From positions 10,974,001 to 11,038,000 of the forward strand of contig JBHGNT010000009.1 of the NCBI GenBank assembly GCA_043228905.1: 64,000 nucleotides of DNA, in the 5' to 3' direction. Both the position numbers and the translations under genes were made by a program. The stretch's first letter is position 1. Each line of letters starts with the position of its first letter. Of this stretch, positions 1-11,500 are shown piece by piece. Source of the DNA: Azolla caroliniana (Eukaryota > Plantae > Polypodiophyta). Below the pieces are notes generated by a model that was not told the origin of the DNA, ran no database searches, and saw only the letters and a list, made by a program, of their open reading frames with translations.

Positions 1-10
1 GGACTTCCCA

Positions 11-3000
11 GTGTGGGAACAGGCGGCAAGCAAGGTGATGTACTGCTTCGCGTCCAGTGTCGGTGACCAGCTGCTCAGCCATATCCGTGACACCAAGACA
101 CCGAAGGATGCTTGGGGAAACTTGAAAAAGGTCTTCGCCGCAAGCACCACTGCTCAGAAACTGCAACTCAGACAAGAGTTGAGCAATGTTCGACAGAAGA
201 ACATGTCGGTGGCAGATTACACAGACCGGATCAAAGGGATCTGTGACTCGCTTGCCTCTATTAACGTCACCGTAGAGGAAGACGAGATGGTGCAGGTCTG
301 TTTTGGAGGCCTGGCGTCCAAGTTCGGAGCTTTCCGGACTGCGGTTTGTACAAGGGAGAATACGCCCTCATTTTTCGACTTACAGTCGATGCTCCTTGTA
401 GAGGAGAACCACGCCGGTGCAGCTACCAGTGCATCCCAAGACAGCCGGATGTTGTACACGGGAGCGGATCGGTCCCGCAGGCGTGGTGGATGAGGCAGGT
501 TGGCACGCAATGGAGGCGGCCGGCAAGAGCAGGAACGAAGGCACAGTGAGCGTGCCGACAACAGTTCCGGGACTTCCACAAGCAGAGGGAGTCAAGGTGG
601 TGCCGGAGGCCGGCAAGACAAACCCGCTACGGAATGTTGGTATTGTGGCAAAAAGGGCCACAGGGAAAGCGAGTGCTGGAGAAAGCGTGCCGATTCGGAC
701 AAATCCGGATCCGGCAAGACCGGTAAGGAAGGCCGGCAAAGCTCGCACTACGCAAACGGATCGGGAGGATCCAAGAACGGTAAGGGGCCAGCCTTGGTGA
801 TGAAGCACAAGGCAAACTCAATGAAGAAGACCACTTCCAAATCGGAGGAAGTGTGGTACGTTGACTCCAACGCATCGAACCACATGACGAGCCACAGGGA
901 GTGGTTCTCCTTTTTGGAGAAGCCGGATCAACCGGGAGTTGTCGAAACCGGAGACGACACTCCCCACCTGATCGTGCACGTCAGAGAAGTCCCTTTGAGC
1001 CGCGTCGGACAGAGGGGGAAGCTAATGAATGTATGACATGTTCCAACGATCATGAAGAACCTGGTATCGGTCGGACAGATCGTTGACCAGGGGATGCAAG
1101 TGCGGTTTACGCACCTCGGGGGCTTCATTGAGGATGAGGGTGAAGTTATTGCGCAAGGGCGTAGAGATGGGAGGATGTTTATCCTCAACACCAATGATAT
1201 CGGCACCGCAATGTTCGCCAAAGGACAGAAGGTCGAGTTGGATATCGACCTGTGGCACAAGCGGATCGGCCACGTCAACTACCGGAGGCTTCAAGACCTG
1301 CAAACGGAACAAGTCGTTTTCAGTTTGCCGAAGTTTAGCGGCCGGAGAGCCCAGATTTGTGAAGCATGCCAACTCGGGAAGCAACATCGGCTTCCATTCC
1401 CCACCGAAAGAAATCGAAGCCGTAACAAGCTTGATCTTATCCATTCGGATGTGTGGGGGCCGGCACAAAATGTTAGCATTGGCGGGAGTCGATATTTCAT
1501 CTCCTTCATCGACGACTACACGCGGCATACGTGGATCTACCTCATTGAGCGGAAGAGCAAAGTCTTCGAGTGTTTCCGGAGCCTCCAGAAGATGGTGGAA
1601 CGGGAATCGGAGAGGAAGATCAAATGCCTACGGTCGGATGGCGGAAAAGAGTACTTTTCCGGCCAATTCAACAGCTATCTGCAACAAAAAGGAATTCGGC
1701 GAGAATTCGGCTCCAGATACACACCGCAACAGAATGGTGTGGCCGAAAGGAAGAATCAGTCGCTGATTGACGCGGCTAGGGCAATGCTGGAGGAAAAGAG
1801 CATGCCTAAGTTCTACTAGGCGGAGGTAGTCCAAACGGCCGTTTACATCTAGAACCGGATCAGGGACAAGGTGTCAGCTCATGAGTTGTATTTCGGGCGC
1901 AAGCCGAATTTGAGACACCTCCAGATATTCGGCAACATAGCCTATGTACATGTGCCGGATGAGAAGCGGAGAAAGCCGGATGCAAAATCGGAAAAATGCA
2001 TCCTAGTCGGCTATGCTCAAGAGCAAAAGGGGTATAAGTGTTATAACCCCCAGACGAAGCAAGTCCGAGTCAACCGAGATGTCGAGTTTGATGAATCGGC
2101 ATCGTGGTATTCCTTACCGACTCCGACTTCCGATCCCGACCCAATGTCAGAGGATGGGGCTAGTGAGCCTGAACCGGCCCAGGTAGAGAAAGATGAAGTT
2201 GGGACTCAAGATGAGAGTCCGGAATCGTTCCGGTAAAGCGGACCAAATGAGAGACTGGATCAGTCCAACCAGTCGGATGATGAGACGGCGAGTAGTGGAG
2301 ACTCTGTCATGCTCTCCTCGCGCAAGGAACCGAGGAGACGATACACACGCAAAGAGAAAGGGAAGTAGAAGATGTCGGAATTCGAGACCGACAATGATGA
2401 GTCGGATCGGTGCGTATCTGACTTCGACAAGGACATAGGCAGATCTTCGGGAACGAAGACCGAACTGGCCAAGAAGGGTCTCATACCGGGTAACGGTGAG
2501 TTACGCCGGTCCACCCGCCAGAAGGATCCCGTTAAACGGTACGGGTATAACGAGTACATGGTGCATCATTATGCGTACATGACCAAGGTCGTGGAAGTGT
2601 GTGAGCCGGAGAGCTACGCAGAAGCAGCAAAGGACGCAAGTTGGCGTGCCTCTACGGAGGAAGAAATGCGGGCCCTGGATGCCAACGGAACTTGGGACCT
2701 AGTTGACCCTCCCCGTCGCTATAAACCGATCGGATGCAAGTGGGTGTACAAGGTAAAGTACAATGCTGACGGTACAGTTGACTGGTACAAGGCCCGGTTA
2801 GTGGCGAAGGAATATGCGCAGACCCACGGAATCGACTACGACGAGACCGTCGCCCTTGTAGCGAAGACGACGACGGTTCGTGTGGTACTGGCGGTTGTTG
2901 CGGCAAGGGGGTGGCATCTTCATCAGATGGATGTGAAGAATGCCTTCCTTTAAGGAGATCTTTGAAGAAGAAGTCTTTATGACTCAGCCCCCCGGATTTT

Positions 3001-4836
3001 AGTCAGAGATGAACAAGTCGGCGGTATGCTGGCTGAGGAAGTCGTTGTACGGCTTGAAGCAAGCCCCCCGTGCTTGGAATGCTAAGATCATACACCGGTT
3101 GCGAAAGATGGGGTTTGTTGCCTCTAAGTCAGACTCTTCCCTGTTCATCCGTCAAGGCTCAAACGGTCCGGTGTGTATCTTACTCTATGTTGATGATCTA
3201 GTCATCACCGACACAGGTCTTCCGGAAATCAACCGCGTCAAGTCCCAGTTGTCGGACGCATTCGATATGAAGGACTTGGGGGACCTTCATTATTTTTTGG
3301 GGATCGAGGTGATCCGCACCCCCGACGGCATATTGCTTTCTCAACGCCATTATGTGTTGAATATGCTGTACAAGTTCGGCATGACGGAATGCCGACCTGT
3401 CTCCACACCCCTGGACCGGAATAAGAAGATCCGTCCCAACTCTGGACCATCCTGCGATGAGAAATGGTTCCAACAAATAGTCGGAAGCCTGATCTACTTG
3501 ACCATCACCCGACCCGACATTAGCTATCCGGTTGGAGTGGTAAGCCAATTCATGCAGAAGCTGACCGTGGAGCATCTTCAGTGCGCGCAACAAATACTGA
3601 GGTATGTAAGCGGCACTAAGGACCGGAGGCTCTTATACTGACAAGGTATAACCGAAGAGCTTGTTGGCTACACAGATGCCGAATGGGTTGACGATGCAAC
3701 GGATCGTCGCTCAACTTACAACTTTATATTTTCTCTTGGGAGCGCAGTTGTTGCGTGGAGCAGCAAAAAGCAGCCAACAGTGGCTCTATCCAACACTGAG
3801 GCTGAATACCAGGGCGCGACCGTTGCCACCTGCGAAGCCATTTGGCTTTGGCGACTACTGCAAGACCTGCGGATCAAGGTACCGACCCCGATCCCGATCT
3901 ACTGCAATAACCTCAGCAGCATGCAGCTCGCCAAGAACCCTCTGTTCCATGCTCGCACAAAGCACATAGAAGTGCATTATCACTTCGTGCGTGAGCGGGT
4001 CCTGAGCGGTGAAGTTGAACTACGGTATGTTCACACGGATCGGCAAGTTGCCGACATCTTCACCAAGTTGCTCGGGTCGGACAAGTTGCAGCACTTTACT
4101 GAAATGCTTGGTGTTCAGCATCTCGACGTGCCGCACTTGAGGGGGAGACACAAGGGCAAAGACACTACCGAAACGGGCAAAGGCAAAAAAACTGTTGAAC
4201 CCGTAGGTAAGAGAAGAACCGGTAGAGAAGGAGACAAGAAGAAAAATGAAGCCGAGTCGACGAAGGAAGTCGGCACATCTGAACAGGTTGGAGTGAGCGG
4301 TTGTGAAGAAGAAGTGTACACTCAGGAAGAGAAGTGCATGCTATGTGGAGGTCATCACGATCGTAATGGCCATGATGCGGAGTCGAATGAAGAATTCGAC
4401 TTCGGTGAACCGGCTGAAGAAGCCAAGGGACGCACGGAGAAGGCCAAGATCCAGACGTGGTCCGATGTGGTGAGAGGCCTGACGCCGAAAATCGAATCGG
4501 AGGATACCGATTCGGACAAGAGCTGATCCGGATGAGTCGGATCAACGAGAGGCCAAGGAGACACGAACACAGCGGAAGTCGATGCCATCGCGGTGGAACC
4601 GACGGATCGGCAAGCGCTAGAGTCATAGTAGCGAAGGAGCTGAGATGGGCCTATTGAGCAGACATGCCGAAGGTCGAGGCGCGCAGAACCAAAGGGGTCG
4701 CGGCAAACGGGACGGGACCGGACAAGGAGCGCGAGCAAGGCGAAGCGACGCTAGGAGAAGTCGGTTGGAAGAACCGGCTGCCACAGAGGTTGACACTACG
4801 ACCCTACCTCAGGTTGAGCTTGAGGGGGAGTGTTGA
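11..4836 (+). pseudogene. Disrupted copia gag-pol polyprotein with C-terminal extension
   Basis: Zn knuckle CWYCGKKGHRESEC; protease WYVDSNASNHMT; integrase LWHKRIGH..CEAC, HSDVWGP, RSDGGKEY; RT YKARLVA, LYGLKQAPRAW, LYVDD; RH ALSNTEAEY, TKHIEVHYHF, ADIFTK; several stops and frameshifts. Confidence 0.93.
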
Positions 4837-5075
4837 GCGGCAAGCTCAACCGGAGCCGGATTGGCTGAATAAGCCTGAGCCGGTAAGCGAGATGAATCAG
4901 TATGCCGGTGAGCAACCGAGCCGGTAAGCAGTAAGGACCGGTGAGCTAGGGAGCCGGTATGCTAGATCCAATCCGTAACCGGAAGCCTAGTATAGGTTAG
5001 ACTACTAGGCAGTTATAGTCTCGTAGTTAGTGTCAGATGCTCGTGTGAGCATTGAAGTACACCGTACTTCTAACA
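4831..5075 (+). repeat. Truncated 3' LTR of copy A
   Basis: Matches 6114-6358, then jumps to internal sequence matching ~3613 (CACTAAGGACCGG). Confidence 0.9.
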
Positions 5076-6113
5076 ACACTAAGGACCGGGGGCTCTTATA
5101 CCAGCAAGGTATAACCGAAGAGCTTGTCGGCTACACGGATGCCGACTAGGCTAGCGATTGAACGGATCATCGCTCAACTTCCGTCTTTATGTTTTCTCTT
5201 GGGGGCGTGACCATTGCCACCTGCGAAGCCATTTGGCTTCGGCGACTATTGCAAGACCTGCGGATCAAGGTACCAACCCCAATCCTGATCTACTGTGATA
5301 ACCTCAGCAGCATGCAACTCGCCAAGAACCCTCTGTTCCATGCTCGCACAAAGCACATAGACGTGCATTATCACTTCGTGCGTGAGCGGGTCCTGAGCGG
5401 TGAAGTTGAACTACGGTATGTTCACACGGATCGACAAGTTGCCGACATCTTCACCAAGCCCCTTGGGTCGGACAAGTTGCAACACTTTACCGAAATGCTT
5501 GGTGTTCAACATCTTGACGTGCCGCACTTGAGGGGGAGTCGCAAGGGCAAAGACACTACCGAAACGGGCAAAGGCAAAAAAACTGTTGTACCTGTAGGTA
5601 AGAGAAGAACCGGTACAGGTGGAGGCAAGAAGAAAAATGAAGCCGAGTCAACGAAGGAAGTCGGCACATCCGAACAAGTCGGTGAACTGGCTGAAGAAGC
5701 CAAGGATAGCACGGAGAAGGCCAAGACCCGGACGTGGTCCAATGTGGTGAGAGGCCTGAAGCCGAAAATCGAATCGGAGGATACCGATTCGGACAGCTGG
5801 AACGAGTCGGAGACAGCCGATTCGGATCAACGAAAGGCCAAGGAGACACGGACGCAGCGGAAGTCGATGCCATCACGGTGGAACCGATGGATCGGCAAGC
5901 GCCGGAGTCATAGCAGCGAAGGAGGTGAGATGTGCCTATTGAGCAGACATGCCGAAGGTCGAGGCGCGCAAAACCAAAGGGGTTGCGGCAAACGGAACCG
6001 GACCGGACAAGGAGCGCGAGCAAGGTGAAGCGACGCCAGGAGAAGTCAGTTGGAAGAACCGGTTGCCGCAGGTTGACACTACGACCCTACCTCAAGTTGA
6101 GCTTGAGGGGGAG
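5076..6113 (+). pseudogene. Tandem duplicate of the RNase H plus extension region of copy A
   Basis: Near-identical to 3613-4830 apart from internal indels; ORF 5189-6028. Confidence 0.9.
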
Positions 6114-6548
6114 TGTTGAGCGGCAAGCTCAACCGGAGCCGGATCGGCTGAATAAGCCTGAGCCGGTAAGCGAGAGGAATCGGTATGCCGGTGAGCAACC
6201 GAGCTAGTAAGCAGTAAGGACCGGTAAGCAAGAGGAGCTGATATGCCGGATCCAATCCGTAACCAGAAGCCTAGTATAGGTTAGACTACTAGGTAGTTAT
6301 AGTCTCGTAGTTAGTGTCAGACGCTCGTGTGAGCATTGAAGTACACCGTACTTCTAACAGTCCCGTGTGGACTTGTATAAATAGCGCTGATGAGCGTGTT
6401 GTAGATACAGAGCACAGAGTATTAATATAATCTTGAAAAATAGTGTGTTTTGGTCTCTAACTCTCTGTCTCTCCCGCGTACTCTCTCTCTCTCTCTCTCT
6501 CTCTTTGTGTATTGTTCTTTCTAACGCTTCTGCAAGCAATCTTTTACA
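6114..6548 (+). repeat. 3' LTR of copy A
   Basis: TG..CA ends; TATAAATA at ~6377; (CT)n tract; terminal motif resembles LTR ends at 15400 and 37498. Confidence 0.8.
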
Positions 6549-7830
6549 CAAACCAACACCCCACCTCACCTCACCTCCTAATGCCCACTTCACCAGCGCC
6601 TTACAATCCATCCAAACTCTAGTCTCATTGATGGAACGGGAGAGAACCGCGATCGCAAGCTCGAGAAACCACACAAATGATTGCGGAAAAAGCGTCACAA
6701 TCTCAAAGTTTGTCCCCCTTTACTTGGATTCAAGGATGCATATGACCATGTACATCACTTTATATAAATACATTGAGCATATGAATCAATCATAAAGGCC
6801 ACAAAGGTGGCAACATTCAATCTCATGCTCAATGACCAAGTTGGCATATGCTTTCGAACCCTCATCGAGGACATTGTGATCGGTTTCGATTACTTCATCA
6901 AGCACTTCTTGATGAATTTCGTTTGGCGTGGGAACAAATGGACCCTAGTAGACCAACTATTCACACTCAAACAAGATGTGAAGGAAATGGTTCATGCCTA
7001 CATAAGTTGTGCCAAGAGCCTACATAATTGATATAATGTAGGCGGCAAGATGTCTGACTTGATTTCCCAGGTTTTCCTCGCGAGCAGATATGGGCCCTAT
7101 CACTTTTCGATGAAGCGGTTCATCGTGGCATGACGTGTTGCTTTCATTAACATAATGGCTTTCTGCGGCTACATAGGAGCGTGAAAGCAACACCCATGTT
7201 GGCTAGCGAAGTGTCAAGACCCATGCAGGCATGTGTGTGTGCTCACAAGAGTTGGAGAAACTCAAGTTAAAGAACCTCTGATGACAAGCTTGTGAGTCGG
7301 TTAATCAATGGACTCTACAACCGTACCTTGAAAAATTTCCTCATAGCGAGAATGCGTCAACCATTCATCGAGGCATGCATGGTGGTGATGATGTTTGAGA
7401 ACTCTATGACATACAAGTGCCGACTCAAGCCCCAACTAACAACTGTGCAAATGTCCCCAAACCCACATAGAAAGCGGCACCCAGGCTTCCTTGAGTGGAA
7501 TGGCCCCAAGCTTATGCCACAAGAGAGATCATTCATTGTCCGACATGCTAAGGATACAATACAGGACATGAGTGCCCTCTCCTACATTGATGGCATCCCC
7601 ACCACTACGTGCACAAGATAATTGTTGGTAACCACCCAATGGAAGGTTCGGACAAGGGCCAATAATTGAACACTTAGGTCGCCACCTAGGCCAAATCGTC
7701 TGACCTTGGCTGCAATCCTCCCACAACAACCACCACTCCATCAAATTGGAACCCAAGTACCGGAGCTTGAACATGATAGGGATGACCAAGCTCAAGTTGG
7801 GGGGGGTAGGACCCAACGCGTTACCTATAA
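6549..7830 (+). pseudogene. Degenerate Ty3/gypsy-like gag remnant
   Basis: Fragments FDYFIKHFLMNF..LFTLKQDVKEMVHAYI and LINGLYNRTLKNFL resemble retrotransposon gag capsid motifs; boundaries unclear. Confidence 0.5.
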
Positions 7831-8221
7831 GTGTTGTAAAGAATCAAGTGTGATTCTATGCAATGGAATGGACTAGAGATGTGTGTTATGTGTGTGTGAA
7901 AGAGGAGAGATGAGAGACACAAGATAGATAGGAAAATAGAATACCCAAGATGTATATTGACAAGGAGTAGAGAATAGCAAGTACAAAGATAATAACATTA
8001 CATGAAAGATTTGTGAAAGTTAATGTGCGGAAGCTTAGACAAACGGGCTCAACCGGATAACAACAGAGTACACACACACAGAGTACGCAGGAGAGACAGA
8101 GAGAGTAGAATGACATAAATTCAAATTTAAAAATATTACTCTGTCTGTATGCATGCAATGTGCTGAATGAGCACTTTTATACAAGTCCTTAAAAGAACTG
8201 ACAAGTACTTCAATGCTCGTA

Positions 8222-8599
8222 TGAAAAAGAATACGTGCGGAAGCTTAACAGACACAACCGGGGTTTAATGGAAACCTTAATCAACACAACGTACGCGGGA
8301 GAGACAAAGAGAGAGCAGAACACAGAAAACTCTATACCAAAACAATACTTTAAAACTCTGTACATAGGATGTGCTCAGAGAGCACTTTTATACAAGTCCA
8401 TACTGACATGAGTACTCACACGTACTTCAATGCTCATCAATGAGCCTCTACACTAACTCCCAAAATATATTCCTCTGCAGAATATCTATCCAACGACCTC
8501 CCGGTTTACGCACTGCTACGACCTCTCGTTGTGCACCCGGTTTACGCACCCAGTCTATGCACTCGTTTACGCACCCAATGTTGAGCTTGTATCTCAACA
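8222..8599 (-). repeat. 3' LTR of B
   Basis: Direct repeat of 14108-14506; PPT adjacent at 8600-8610. Confidence 0.93.
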
Positions 8600-11500
8600 C
8601 TCTCCCTCAAGCTCAACTTGAGGTTCCGCCTGCTCTTCCGGATCTTCGCTCTGGCTTGTCCTCGCGCTCCTTGACCTGTTCGATTCCGCGCACCTCTTCC
8701 GCTACCCTTTCCTCCGCTTGGCCTTCAGTTGATTCGGCGTCTCCGAATCGAACATTCGAACCAAATCGCCTGTCTCCGATTCGTTTCCGCTCTTGCCTGA
8801 ATTGGTTGTCTCCAATTCGTCTTCTGTCTTCAGGCCCTTAACCACATCAGACCATGTCTTGGTCTTGGCCTTCTCGCCCTTCTTGGCTTCAACTCCCCCT
8901 TGTTTGGCTGACTTCGACTCTTTCCTTCCATTGCTGCCCTCTATTCCGCCTTCAGCTTCTTCAGCCGACCCGAAATCGAATTCTTCATCCGACTCAGCTT
9001 CACAGTCACTTTCGCTCCTTTCCTTCTCCCTTTTTTGGTCTTTTCTCCCCCTCAAGTTCGGCACGTTGAGGTGCTGCAATCCAAACGCACCCGAGAACGG
9101 CCACAACTTGTTGAGACCAAGGGGCTTGGTGAAGATGTCGGCAGTCTGCCGATCCGTCGGAACATACACTAGTTCGACTTCACCGGAGAGGACACGCTCC
9201 CAGACAAAATGGTAGTGCACCTCAATGTGCTTGGTCTGGGTGTGGAAGGCAGGGGGTTTTCGCAAGTTGGATGTTGCTGAGGTTGTCGCAGTAGATCGTT
9301 GTCGGAGCGGACACCTCCACTTGAAGATCCTTGAGTAGCCTCTTGAGCCAAATGGCTTCACTTGTCACGATAGCCACTCCTTGATACTTAGCCTCTGTGC
9401 TCGACAATGCAATTGTTGGTTGCTTCTTGCTACTCTAGGCGATCGCAACGCTCCCAAGCGAGAAAGCAAACCTAGATGTGGATCTACGATTGCCGGCATT
9501 TCCGGCCCAATCAAAATCCGAATAGCCAACAAGTTGTGTGGCAATACCGGTTCGATATAACAACGCCCTATCCTTAGTGCCGTGGACATAGCGCAATATC
9601 CTTTGCGTGCACTGAAGGTGTTCGACCGTGGGCTGTGACATAAATTGACTGATTAGGCCGACCGGGTAATTGAGATTCGGCCGAGTGATCGTCAAATAAA
9701 TTGGGCTTCCGACAATCTCTCGGAACTGTGTTGGGTCGCACGCCTTTCCCGAATCTCGGTGAAGCTTGATGTTTCTGTCTAGAGGAGTTGAGATGGACTT
9801 ACAGTCGGCCATCCCGAAGTTGAAGAGCATACTCAACACGTAATGTCATTTGCTGATCATCAATATGCCTTCAGGGGTGCGGATCACTTCGATCCCAAGG
9901 AAGTAATGAAGGTCCCCTAGGTCCTTCATGTCGAATGATGCCGCGAGCTAGGACTTTACGTGGGCGATTTCTTTTAGGTTGGCATCAACAATGCCTAAAT
10001 CATCAACATAAAGTAAAATACTAAGCGGTCCACGTCGACCTTGCTGGACGAACAATGAAGAGTTCGATTTGGACGTCGCAAACCCCATCCAACACAGGCG
10101 CTGCGTGATCTTCGCGTTCCACGCACGCGGGGCTTGTTTTAGTTCGTAAAGGGACTTCTTCAGTCGGCATACTGCCGAGGTGTTCTTTTCGGACTGAAAT
10201 CCGGGGGGTTGTACCATGTACACCTATTCCTCAAGTTCTCCTTGCATGAACACATTCTTTACATCTATCTAATGTAAATTTCACCCCTTTACTGCGGCTA
10301 TCGCAAGTAGGACACAAACGGTTGTCATCTTCGCGACAGGTGCAAAGGTCTCATCGTAGTCGATGCCGTGTTGATGTGTGTATCCCTTCGCCACTAACCG
10401 GGCCTGGTAACGGTTGACAGAGCCGTCGGTCTTGTACTTGACCTTGTACACCCACCTACATCCAATTGATTTTACACCGTTCAGAGCGTCAACCAGGTCC
10501 TTGGTTTCATTTTCCGCTAATGCGTGCATCTCTTTCGCCATTGCAACACGCTACGTTGCGTCCTTCGCCGCTTCTACGTAGCTCTCCGGCTCACACAGTT
10601 CAGCCACTCGCGTCATGTACGCGTAATGATGCACCATGTACTCGTTGTATCCGAACCGCGCCACGGGGTTCTTATGGAGGGTGGATCGGCATAATTGCTC
10701 ATTAACTGATTTTGAGGCCCTCTTGGTCGACGCGGACTTCGTTTCCGAAGGTCCATCTTCGTTCTTCTCTGAGTCGGATTCGCTTCGATCCGACTCGTCT
10801 TTATCAAGTCATACTCCAACATCTTCTTCTTTCCCTTCTCTTTGCGGGTAAACTGTCTCCCCGACTTCCTGCATGGGGATTGCACGACCGAGTCTCCACT
10901 ACTCGTTGGCTCTACGTCAGACTGGTCATGCCGACTCAGACGCTCATTCGGCGCACTTAGCCTGAATGAGATCATACTCTCTTCAGGAGCTCCAATGTCT
11001 CCTTCATATCGAGGCATTTCAGCCTCACTGACCTCTTTGTCAGAGATCGGAATGGAGTTGTTAGGGGTTGGAGGCGAAGACAAGTACCACGACGCGGACT
11101 CGTCGAACACAACATCACGACTAACTCGAGCTTGTTTGGTTCAAGGGTTATAACACTTATAACCCTTTTGTTCGTCCGAGTAGCCAACCAAGATACACTT
11201 CTTGGCTTTGGCACCCACCTTCCTCCATTTCTCCTTCGGCACATGCACATACGTGATGCTACTGAAAACCCTCAAGTGTGCGAAGTTCGGCTTCTTCTTG
11301 AAGTACAACTCATGTGGCAACACTCCTCCATTGGCAGATGCCCGATTATGGAGGTAGACACCTGTTCTAATCGCTTCAGCCCAATAGAACTTCAACAGAT
11401 GCTTCTCTTCAAGCATTGCCCTTGTCGCCTCCTTTATTGTCCGATTTTTCCTCTCGGCTACGCCATTCTGCTGCGGCGTGTATTTACATGAGAATTCACG

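Larger units (their letters stand above)
1..6548 (+). mobile_element. Ty1/copia LTR retrotransposon, copy A (5' end outside window; 3' region tandemly duplicated)
   Basis: Copia domain order gag-PR-INT-RT-RH; PPT CTTGAGGGGGAG followed by TGTTGAG LTR starts at 4831 and 6114; LTR ends ..CTTTTACA at ~6548. Confidence 0.93.

Noticed and set aside
4110-4836. env-like gene
   Set aside because: In frame with Pol, highly charged, with no signal peptide or transmembrane segment.
7832-8013. Possible additional LTR fragment starting TGTTGTA
   Set aside because: No partner copy, TSD, PBS or PPT in the window to support it.
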